NCBI GenBank assembly: GCA_964187785.1
Contig: OZ076409.1
Location: forward strand, 38,876,001 to 38,940,000
DNA from: Amphiscolops sp. MND2022
Taxonomy: Eukaryota
DNA: 64,000 nt
Direction of reading: 5' to 3'
The notes below the pieces were generated by a model, which was not told the origin of the DNA, made no database searches, and saw only the letters and a list, made by a program, of their open reading frames with translations. Position 1 is the stretch's first letter; each line of letters begins with the position of its first letter. This document shows positions 51,126-62,686 of this stretch, in pieces. Both the position numbers and the translations under genes were made by a program.

Positions 51126-54100
51126 ATATGCCACGACTCCAAATAAATGAAAAACTCCGTGTCCGACAATACATAATATCGGACCCTTCAAACGTCTATT
51201 ACACAGAATACTATACAACTCTTAAAGAAACATCATCAGCTGACTGGCAGCAGCAGATGAGAACTCCCCCTACTACTAGCACCACCGTGGACCTTATGTA
51301 CAACAGACTACAAACCGATACTAATACTATACGACTTATACCTCTCATTGATGACTACAACCCATACTATCCAGACCCTGACTATGGATTTGACCCCTAC
51401 TGGGACGCTAATTGCTACAATCAACATCATCTATACTTCTACCGAAATTTTAACAAACCAAATGCGAATATAGAACCGGACTCCCTTGCAGTTGACCAAG
51501 CCTTGAGTATGGTCCTTGCGAAAGCCCGAGTGGACCCATGGCAATATAACGTACCACCAACACGTCAAATGACTCACACCGAGCCTGATGACGAATTTCA
51601 CCGTGCAGGACCACAGGTCTCTCTGACTACAACAGTTGCCGCGCGTTTTGTGAACACACTAGTCACCAGAACTGGAGAACCAGACTATGTACCGCTGACA
51701 ACCAATCTTGGCCTCAAATACAAGCGACGAATGCTCTATTTTCCGATGGATTTTGGCGAACTAACTTTAGACGGCCTTGTAGACACGGGTGCCCTATCTA
51801 GTGCAATCCCAGAAACTGATCTACGTAAAATCCGATTATTAGCCCCTCAGTCTATTGTCAAAGAGGTCCCAGCACCCAACTTCCAAATTATGGTTGCTAA
51901 TGGACAGCTGGAGACTCCGAAGAGCACAGTCGAACTGAAATTTGAAGTCGGCGACATAGAATTTCACGAGATATTCATTGTTATGGAAAAACTCACCAGT
52001 CCATTGATTGGTCTTTCGTTCCTTCAAAGGAACAATACCATCCTGGACATGCGACAGGGTGTCCTGAACTTCCCTTTCTTTTCAATGCAGTTGAAAACTG
52101 CTGATCAAAAGTACACTAACGTTCTGGAACCCATCTGTATTAGAGAGGATGCAACCATCCCCCCTAATGGCCGACAATCGGTCCTTATGGCTTCACAACT
52201 GTACGAGAACACTACAGTTACTGGGATCCTTCAACCGAGCAACAATCTTACAGATGATGGCGATATTGCCTTCTGCGCTGCTCTAGTCACGCTGACCAAT
52301 GGTCAGGTATCAGTTCATTTGAACAATTTTACCGATAGTCCGTACACCCTCAAGAGGGGTACACAGGTGGCTAATTTCACTGTCCTCACGCCAGAACAGA
52401 TGAAATATGTAAAGCCCATTGACCCGGTGACCACATGGCACCTCCTACAAGATAACCCTGGAAACGCTGCTCATTATGCAAGTAGCTTGATCAAATCTAC
52501 GAAACCTGAGGACCTCAAGGAAAACTACTGGTTTCCAACACCGGAAGACCCTGGGGACCCTCAGCACCACACGCCAATCCAGAAAAGGATTTTGTCCGAA
52601 CTTATCAACCTTCAGGAATTAGAGAAACTCAATCCTCAGGATGACCCTGAGTCCAGACGACAATTCTTATCCAATTTTGACTGGACAGACTCTATGCTCC
52701 AACCTACCGAAATAGCTCGTATAGAGGACTTACTTGTCGAGTTTCATGATATCTTTGCTAGGCATCGCTTCGACATAGGCATGAACGAGGACTTCAAGGT
52801 CAAATTGACACCGAAAGATGATTCCCCGGCCTATAGTCAGAGTTTGCCAACGCCAATAAACCTCAAGAAAGATATCCTTGTAGAGTTAGCTCTCCTACAT
52901 CGCTATGGCATCATTACAACACTCCCATTCTCCAAATACGCAAGTCCCATTTTTGCACAAAAGAAACCCAATGGCAAATTGCGACTTTTAGTTGATTTAC
53001 GTAAAATAAATAAATTGATATCGGATGATTACATCAACAAAAACCATCCAGTAAGTACGCTTACAGACGCGGCCCAACACATGGCTGGGAAAAAACTATT
53101 CTGTAAGTTGGACTGTTCGCAAGCTTACCATTGCCTACAAATGGCGGACCAAAGGTCCATTGAAATGCTTGCTTTCAACTTCGCCAGCAGAACCTTTGCA
53201 TATAGACGTCTGGCAAAAGGCCTTAGTAGAGCCTTATCGGCCTTTTCAAGCTTTATGCGAGAATATTTGGACAAGGTCATTAAAGCAGACCAATGCGCCC
53301 AATACGTCGATGATATTGGTATTGCTGCCAACAATGCCGAACAACTCATCAACAACTTGAGGGCCACATTCCAATGCATACAACAAGCCAGTCTCAAACT
53401 TACCATGCACAAATGCCATTTTGGAGCAACGGAAACTGACTTTCTAGGACGTACCATCACTCCTGCAGGAGTGAAGCCGCAGAGACCACGGGTCCAAAAT
53501 TTCCTAGAAAATACAAAATTCCCGAAATCCAAGAAAGCACTACAGCGTTACTTGGGATTTTTGAATTATTATCGAAACTACATTCCAAGACTATCAGAAA
53601 AACTAACACCGTTTTCCAAACTGCTCACTACAGATGAAAAAGTCCTAGTAACACCGGACCTATTGGAAAAATTTACCGAGATAAACAAGGCTCTTGATCG
53701 ATGTTGCGAACTGGCACTCAAACAACCCTTACCGAACAAGCAAATAGCCCTCATGACTGATGCCAGCTTTTCGGCCGCAGGGTACGCAGTTCTCATCGAA
53801 GACGATCCACTCGAGAAGTACACTTCCACGAGGAATGCTTTCGCACCAGTAGCTTATGGATCCAAGACCTTTAGTTCTACCCAACTGAAAATGTCCATCT
53901 ACGCCAAGGAATTCCTAGCAATTTTCTTTGCCTTTAAGGAATTTGGACATATCTTTTGGGGAACCCCAAAACCGGTAATCATACTTACAGACAACAAGTC
54001 CGTCACACGCTTTTTTCAAACTAAAATTATTCCGCCGACATTATGGAACGCTTGTGATTACGTGATTCAGTTCAACTTCACAATAGCACATATACCAGGC

Positions 54101-56227
54101 AAAAACAACACAGCGGCTGATTATCTGTCACGTCTAGAAATCTCTCCGAAAGAAAAATTAATCCTCAGAATCAGAGAAGATATCCCTACAACGCCAATTG
54201 AACTACACGTTCAATCGGCCGGAGTTTCGGAAGAGGAACAAATCTTTTATACCGAGGATGATGACGAGACGGAAGAACAAATTTTACAACGTAAAAAAGA
54301 CGCTAGGGCTCACCCAACGCATCAGCTACCAGACATTTCGTTCGAAAAATTTTCTAAACACAAAAGTGACTACTACAAACTTTCAACGATCCAAAAATTA
54401 TCTTACACGAACTCTATAGCAGTAGAACAAAACAACGACATCATTTTACAGCAATTGCGCCTCAAAATATTGAAAGAAAGTTATTCCGAAACTATCCTTC
54501 TGCAAGACTCCCGCTACCAACATTACTGTCGCCAGATGGACCGACTGTCCGTCATGGATGAAATTCTCACCAGACAGTATTTTGACGAAACAGGAACTGT
54601 CAAATACAATCAAATGCTATTGCCAAAAGATTCTCGTCCAAGAACTACTCGAAGCCTTACATGGCAAAGCTAATAAACACCCCGGAATATCCAAAATGCT
54701 AATAGAGATTCGCCAAAAATACTACTACCCCGGCATTGCAAAACTTGTCAAAAAATGGGTTCAAGGCTGCGAAATTTGCATAAAAGATAAACGAATTCCA
54801 AACTCATCAATCACCCGGAGTTACTTAATTTGCCCGACTGGGACTTAGGCCCTGAGGACGCAATGCAAATTGATTTGTTACCTAACCTACCTGCGAGTGG
54901 CGGATACGAGAACATCATAACTGCAATGGACGTATTTTCAAGATATCTCTTTGCTTACCCAGTCACGGACGCTTCGGCCACAAATACGGCAAAGGTCATA
55001 TCTGATATAATGACCAAGCACACCTATTTGCCCACGACTTTGATCACAGACAAAGGTACGGCCTTCACGTCCAAACTAGTGGCTGAGATTGCCCAAATCT
55101 TGGGAATCCAAATAAAATGCGCAACTACCAAACACCCACAAACAATTGGCAAATTGGAACGTACTCATGCTAGTCTCAAAACAAACCTCAAGATGGCCTC
55201 AGGGGACTACAGGCGACAGTGGCATAAATATTTGCCTTCAGCCGTATTGAACTACAATACGACTTATCACGCTACCCTAGGTTGTGAACCATCGAGAATT
55301 TTCCACGGAGGAATCCCGTATAAAATATTGGATCACAAATTGGGCCTTAACCCAAACCCGAAGGTCCTACCGACTACAGATTTTGCAGACGAATTTCAAC
55401 GCCGCACGCAGATACTACTAGATTCTACAAAGAAAAACATTATGCAATCTTATTTGAAGTACAAAGAGTATTACGACCGGAAGGCCAAAGCGGCCCCTCT
55501 GAAACAAAATGACTAATGTTTTATTCTGCAACCTATTGCTGACCACCAAGGATCAAGAATACCATTTCGAGAATACAGGTGGATTGGACCATACGTCGTA
55601 GAAAAGGTTTTGCCGAATGAAAATTATATAGTCAGAAAACTCAATTCCAATAAAACGCAAATTCTACATCGGATCAGATTGCGCAAATATGAACCGAATA
55701 CTGTCCTACAAGACGTTAGACCAGAAGGCAATTTACAACGGGATGATGAAATTGTTATTCCGCAAGACGACTTATACGTTATTACGTGGGAAACCAATTT
55801 TGGAGAATTTCCCGATTCTGCCGAAGACACCGCAATTCCTACGAACCAAGATGGCCTTCACAACTCTAGCAACACTGACACTGATCCTATGACGCAAGAA
55901 GAAATTTTCACCGACGTGGACCTTAGGTCCACCGGGCCTCACCATGAAAAGGGCGCCAACGCCCCGGACAGCAATTTCACCGGCGAGGACCTTGAGTCCA
56001 CCGGGCCACACCAAAAGGATGATTTTGTCTTGACTAAAAAAACGTACTCAGATGGCTTAAATGACTATTCTGATGACCAAAAATCATCAGGAGGGAGCGA
56101 TACTATCGTGCCCGAAGTATTAGATGATGATGACGATATGATTGTAGAAAATGAAAGCCCTAGGGGAGGAAAATATAACCTTCGTCCTAACCCCACCCCC
56201 AACTTCACTGATGAATACAGATACTAG
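51122..56227 (+). pseudogene. pol: Pol (PR, RT, RNase H, integrase with GPY motif); integrase disrupted by two frameshifts (~54631, ~54815) and a stop (55514)
   Basis: LVDTGA; LRLLVDLR, KLDCSQAYH, YVDD; MTDAS, TDNKS, AADYLSR; H-H-CEIC; QIDL, ITDKGTAF, KLER; WIGPY; KYNLRP tail. Confidence 0.93.
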
Positions 56228-56399
56228 TCAGATATGTAAATTACTGTCCCGTGGCTAATAAATAAATACAAGTATTTTTTCGGGACCAGACTTACTTTTG
56301 GACTAAAATCACACTAAATGTGAAAGAACAAAGAATATAAATAAACAAAGGCATCAAGGAAATAAATGATGTTTATCAATTGAAACACATCCTGGACGA

Positions 56400-59300
56400 C
56401 TAGTGCTTATGTGGGCTCCCACTTGTATGACTACCCCGCTCAATTGAGGAGGTTCGTGATGACGACTGCTCCTGCTGCTTGCTGGAATGGGGACTCTGAG
56501 TCTTCTTAGGTGACTTGCCGGAACTGGAACTCTGAGTCTTCTTGGGTGATTTGCTAGAACCCTGAGGATCACTATCGACGCACAAGGTGACTTTGCGCCC
56601 CACAGTAGACTGGGAGTTGATACAATCTTGAATTCCAACTCGATCGAAGTGGTTAATACCATCCCAAGGACAATAGGTGCTGCTGAGGCCCGCGTTCCCA
56701 AAGGTCATCTCTAACTCGAGGAAACGAGCGATTGATGCATCCGAAGCAAGGGTGTCCAATCCACGGACGGCATTCTTTAAATAGGACTGTATGGGTGCAA
56801 CAACATCAAACAGCATACTAGTAGGGTCATCAGTCTTGGTGGAGCCAAACCTGACTGGAACGAAAGAGTAACGAGGCTCGTCGATACAAAGGCAACTGAG
56901 GCGAAAGATTCGGGAAAGATATACCCGGGACTTCAGGGCAGGCTGTTTAGACACGAAGTCTATGGCATCAGCAATCAACAGTTTGGGCTGCTGCATCTCA
57001 GGGTGTGATCGGCGCACCTCATCAATGAAAGAAAGGTACTCCTCCATGTACAAAGATTCCTCTTCAGACTTGAATACTCCTCTGAGTCGAAAACTTGAGA
57101 AGAGGTTCTTGAAACAATAGGCAGCCTGTTCCATGGTGTCTATTAAGAGAGTCTCCAAGTCAAAGGCGCCCAACCCTTTGACGATGTCAGAGGTAAATCT
57201 GGTCAAACCAGCAGCAGCACCAAAGAGATGCGCAACATACGCCCTGGCTTGTCGGCTGAATTCCTCACGGTTGTTTGCGACTAGCTGATCCAGGCTTAGA
57301 CTGCTGTTCTTCGCATCTTTCCTCTCCTTCTCTGCCTTACGTTTGCAGCAAACATCTAGTCTGGGCGTCAGTTTGGACCTAGACACGAAGTCATCCACTG
57401 AGAGAGCTCTTGAGTCAGGGATGGTATTCGGAGGATTCATGGTAGTCAGACTCAGACGGTAGACTGCTGGGGCGGACACACCTTCGGGCTAGTTTCTGAA
57501 GGTACTGGCAAAGTTCTTTATGCACATGAAACCCTCGGTCGCGTCTGGTCTTTAAATTGAGAACGAAACTGCTAGTATCTAAATGGAAGGCACATGCACT
57601 CAAGGAAACATATAATCAGGGAAGTGTGTATGTATAACACTTACAATCGCGAACCAGACGGCAAAACAGGTCCAAGCGACAAGGGAAGAGCTCGTCATAT
57701 ACAATGGACCATTCCAGATTTTGAGGCTGAAACCATTTAGTGATCAAAGCAAATTAGACACTACGTCGCATTAGCTACACTAAAAATTATCCTTTACCTC
57801 ATTACGGACGCCTTGTTTCTCCTGTTGAGGGGCATACTTGGACAGATATCCAATGACTTTTGACCAGTTGTCCAGCAATTCCTGACAAAGAGCAGGGAGT
57901 CCACAGATATCAAGGCGACCTGTTCTGATGGCCTGCAAAGATAACCGCAAAATTAGAATGGTAGTATTAGTGTTAGAAAAACCAAACATGGAAACCTACT
58001 TAAGCTACGGATTTAAGTTTAGCAAATGGAGCCAATTACCTTAGATAGTTCTGGAGCAAGTAACACCCAGTCCAATTCAGCACTGCCGCCGAGGGAGGTC
58101 ACGAGGTAGCGTAGCACAGAAAAGAAGTCTATCCGTCCGAAGACGCTCTGGCTCTTCTTGTGCATGAGAACAGACAATTCTAGCTCTTCGAATCGTGGGG
58201 TGCTCTGCAATCCGTTTGACGTGTAGGGGCTTTGGTCCAGAAGCTGAATTGTCCTGGCACTACTACCGGTACAACTGACCAGATGAGGCTTGGTTGAAAA
58301 CACGCCCATAATGTAGGAGATTAGGCATACTTCGGCTTGAGCTTGTCCCTGCACCCGCCCAGTCCGCTTGAGGAACACTCGACAGAGCTGATCGTCGTGC
58401 CAGAACCTAACGAATGATAACAAGAACACCCCATCTGTAGCGAATTCCACAGCATATTCACCAGATGTATTGATTTGAGCCCCGATGTCTGCAATGAGCT
58501 CGAGGAACATGTGGTGGAACATGACCTAAAATACAAAAGACTGTATGACTTTGGATAAAATTAACAATGTGTACTAGAGTGGCAACAACGACTTTGAAGC
58601 ACGACTACTTACACTAATTCGTTCTTTGCCCCAGTTGAAATCAGTGAACAAGGACTGGTGGTTCACTATCACCCCGACATCGCTCCAAAAGGCTTTTAGG
58701 ACTTCTAGGTCTCCGTGAGTTGGCAGGAACTTGGCCAGCACAGACAGCTGGATACGTGCTCGATTGTCCGAAGAGGAAGACATGTAGTCCGTACCCGCCA
58801 TGTACTCATCATAGAAGGGTAATTTTTGCCCGATTTCGACAAGTGGAGCACTAATGAAATGCGGCAGCTCGAATTCCAACTCATAGGGAGACAAGAGTTT
58901 CCCATCTTTGCCTCGGACTTGGTGGATCTTGGTCTTTGTTACCGGGTCGATCCGGTATAGATATTCATAGCGCCACCTTTGATCCTTTCGCAGATGCTTT
59001 TCCGAAGAATGGTGACGCAAAACTTCCCGTGCTCCTTTCCCGTAAATGGAGATGTTGGCCTTACAAATTTGGCAATAAAATTTGTAAGGATTCCACCTTG
59101 GGTCCATTGGGCCAGAGACGAAGGTACGAGTCCACTCCATGCCCTTGAAGTAGGCCTCTTTCATTATTTTGCAGGACCTTGTGACCTTCCTACGAGTCCC
59201 TGTACCTCGAGAACTAGTAGAAAACCTGCCTTGTTGACTGCGCGAGATCTTGGTCTTATCCTTGATTGCCTCGGCCTTTAATGCAGCGAGGGTTTGGGCC

Positions 59301-60724
59301 CCAGGACTATCGACCGATGTGTCCACTCCTTCTCCTTGCAGTTCCAGATGACCTCTAGTCGCGCAATCAGCGGCTCTCGGAGGAGCAGATATTTGCTCGG
59401 CGTCAGTTCTCTCATAAGTGTAGCCAATGCTAGAGAGCTCTTCGTCACTTCTGAGAACTCCACTAGTATCACTCAGTAACCCGGGTGAAGTGCTTCTTGA
59501 CCTAAGGGACGATCGGGAACCAGCGGTAGCTGGGGTGGCCGAGGAACGTACGGGTGCCTCTAGTGATAGTCTTCTAGTCTTTTGGATGATCCTTTCCAAA
59601 GCGTCTTGCGAAGCTCCCACAGCCTCGTCTGCTACAATCTTGAGGACGCTGCTCAACTGATTCTCAGTGAAGGTGATGACCGGGTGTCCTTGAGGGAGGA
59701 CAAAAGTTTCATTCGTCTGAAAATGCTCCTTGATAAGCGCTCTGCTGCTTGACTTTAGCCCTTGTCCTCTTGAAGTTTCGGGGAGACCTACTGTAGTGAA
59801 CATGCTTTCACCGTCACTGGACTCATTGTCGTTGCGCCGAGACTTGTAGTTCAAGGCCTGTGCGATGGTTGAACCAGCAGGATTGTGAGAAGAATCGACT
59901 CCAGCCTCAGCCATAAATTCACTACTGCTACAAGTTGTGGCCCTGAGGTCCTTGCGGCTGATTTCGACGCTTGTATCAGTCTCACTATTTTCATTGCTAG
60001 CGTCTCGGAAAGGAGTTGGAGCGCGTTGCTTGGCTGGGGGATGGCTCTCATGAAGAGAGGAGCTTCCAATACGGGGACGTTTCTGTGAACTTTGAGTTCG
60101 TTCAGGTTCTGATAGTTGGGAAGACCCTGGCGGAGGACCGAGAAATGAGACCTTTTGGCCGGAGGGACCTTGGCCTTTTGGGCTGAACTGAAAGCTCGTA
60201 GAAGGGATTAATGTAAGTGGTTCACTCTCACTTGCTTTGGAATTGTCACCTTTGCCTAAACGATCTTCATGGTCTCGCATGTCCTTCTCCAAACTTTGGA
60301 TTTTGCGATCGAGATAGGCCTGGATGCTTTCCCCAGAACTGCTGTTACCAGATGCGAGAGGATTGACGAAGGACGGAGAATAGTCTGGGGAAGGTTGCTT
60401 CGGAGTACGACCTCGAACAGGTGACCCAATCGACGCAGCATCTTTTACAGACGACCCTTGCTCTGTTGAACTTTGAGTCCCGCTTCCTTCAATGATCTCT
60501 ATACCAGTAGGAAGGCATCCGGTGGACGTAAGAGGGGACATTTCGTCTGTTCTGTTAACGACTGTGGGACTGATGGTCTCTTGGACTACACTACTTCGCT
60601 GGTCTAAATCATCATCTCCAGAGCCATTGGGGCTTTTGTCCGTTTGGGCTGGTTGGCCGTTTGATTCATTTCCTAAACGGAAAGAAATAAATTCGAGCGG
60701 TTCACTTCCTGCAAAAGAATCCAT
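56400..60724 (-). CDS. Spliced antisense accessory gene, ~1296 aa: Ser-rich N-terminus, zinc finger, degenerate hAT-transposase-like body. Exons 60724-58613, 58525-58040, 57932-57798, 57726-57645, 57578-57482, 57378-56400
   Basis: Five GT-AG introns (87, 107, 71, 66, 103 bp; phases 0,0,0,1,2) join into one stop-free frame; FYCQICKANISI...RHHSSEKH finger. Confidence 0.8.
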
Positions 60725-61864
60725 CTTGCCGCATTTAAAACTTCCGGAAGTAAAGTTCAGTTAATTCAACCTGTGTTGAAAACATTTCACGATGGAGGAA
60801 GTACTTGTAGTCGAACCTAAACCTTGATCAAGTTTAGTTAGACAAAATAAAAGAACCAACCTGATGTCATTTCCATGATGGGAAGGCAGAATTCTCGCTC
60901 AGTCGGTCGGTTGAAAATACTGGAATGGTATTTGGACCAAGGGTATGGATATTGTCTAATGAAGACTTGAGGATCAGCAATAACCAAAATGTCCACAGGG
61001 CTGTATGAAGTTCAGCAGTAAGGTTTCTCGTTAATTGGAATTCAAATTGGATAACAATCAATTCAAATGTTGCAAATGTCAGGAGTGAGGACTACTGGAT
61101 TACAGACACAGGGACTGTATTAAATCAGATTAACACTACTGATACTTACTAACTTACCTGGACTAATTGTCAAGTTTCATAAAATGATTAGAACCATAAG
61201 ACGATTAATCGTTTACTACTTTGTTCGGACGTCGTGGCCTACTAATTAGCTTTTTCATCTATTATTACCTACTACTTATATCATCTACTACTTGTACAAT
61301 TATTTTGCTATTATACCTTACATCATGGATTGCAACTGCCAGTGATATTCATGCCTTCATTCATTTCGAAAGATTACTACACTATTTAGATTAGTATTAG
61401 ATTAGAAAATCGCCATTTTATTCATTTTCCATCAATTTTCATCATCAATTCATCAACGCTTTCCGATTGGCTAATCCAATTGATGTAGCCGAGCGGACCG
61501 AAGGTCTTTGATGATGGATTTATTTACTGACAGTTTACTTGAGTTAGCACCTAACTCACTCATTAACTGCTGTTAAGTGTTTGAGTAAACAACTTACAAG
61601 TCCCTCAAGGACCAATTAACATGAAATTTACCTTAGTTGTTACTTCTAGAAATTCCGTAAAATTACAAATATGGAATGTTTGGCAAGAATTTAGGGAAGA
61701 TGAAAAACAGTTTCCCCGCTGGGGATTCCCGCGAAAAGGATGAAACCGCTAGTCCGAATAACTAGAAGAAAATCATTCAGTCAAGTTTCAAAAGCCAAAC
61801 CAGTTGATTACTAGCAAACCTCAAAATTGCCAAGAAAATCCTTCTTAGAAAATATAAATCTCAG

Positions 61865-62686
61865 ATGGAAACTCAATTCACAATTGATGAATTGGCCAAT
61901 TCTCTGTTCAGCCCGGCCTACTTCTCTTCAGAGGAAGAGGAGGATATGGAAGTAGACATTCTGTCTGTGTCAGCGCAAGGGACCGAACGTCACTCGGACG
62001 ACAGTGACATAGAAGTCATCGCCTGTTATCGCCACGTGCCTATTGCCCCAACTGAACAGAATGCCACACGCAAGATGACTACGGACCTCTCTAGCTGTGT
62101 GGACGACGGGTTGCCCGAATTCCCTTGGGACGACTTTTCGGACTTCTGGCCTGAAGATTTCGAAACAGCAATAGTCGAATTAGGAACTGGCCCAGACGCA
62201 ATCGGCAGGGAGAACAATTGTCCAATCAACCAATGCTCAAAACTTGTCCCTCAGACGGATACGCCGCTTTCTCCACCTTTGTGCGAGCAAGGGCCCAGCT
62301 ATGGTCGTTATGATTACGCTGGACCAAATGTGACAGATTTTGCTGTGCCCGTAAACTCCCACATCCAGGGAATTAGTGTGCGAATGGGGGCGAACTGTGG
62401 TGAACCGAACGCCGCAGCTTATGGAGATTGCATTGTGCGTGGCAGATCATACGAGCAAATCCGCGAGACTGCAGTCCTGACGTACCTTGGGTCGACTTCA
62501 AGACGAGGCGAGACGCATTACGATCAACAGAGGCGGAGAGATGCCTACCTAGCTGAAATGAATCAAGGGACAGTACTTTTGGTCCCTAGGGGAGTGTCGC
62601 AGGCTGCCGCCTGTGACGGGATTTATTATCAAATTCCCCAAGAATATGCAGAATCCAACCCCCCACCCGGAGTATTGCCAATTTGA
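61865..62686 (+). CDS. 273-aa acidic accessory protein of unknown function; last 92 bp lie in the 3' LTR
   Basis: ATG-initiated ORF, GC-richer than flanks; spans PPT and LTR start; EEEEDMEVDIL and SDDSDIEVI SIM-like motifs. Confidence 0.72.
   Translation: METQFTIDELANSLFSPAYFSSEEEEDMEVDILSVSAQGTERHSDDSDIEVIACYRHVPIAPTEQNATRKMTTDLSSCVDDGLPEFPWDDFSDFWPEDFETAIVELGTGPDAIGRENNCPINQCSKLVPQTDTPLSPPLCEQGPSYGRYDYAGPNVTDFAVPVNSHIQGISVRMGANCGEPNAAAYGDCIVRGRSYEQIRETAVLTYLGSTSRRGETHYDQQRRRDAYLAEMNQGTVLLVPRGVSQAAACDGIYYQIPQEYAESNPPPGVLPI

Noticed and set aside
57994..57999. Alternative donor GTAGGT for intron 2 of the antisense gene
   Set aside because: Would include in-frame stops; AAG|GTAATT at 58039 keeps the frame open
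56228..62594. env gene in the post-pol region
   Set aside because: No sense ORF with signal peptide, furin site or TM anchor
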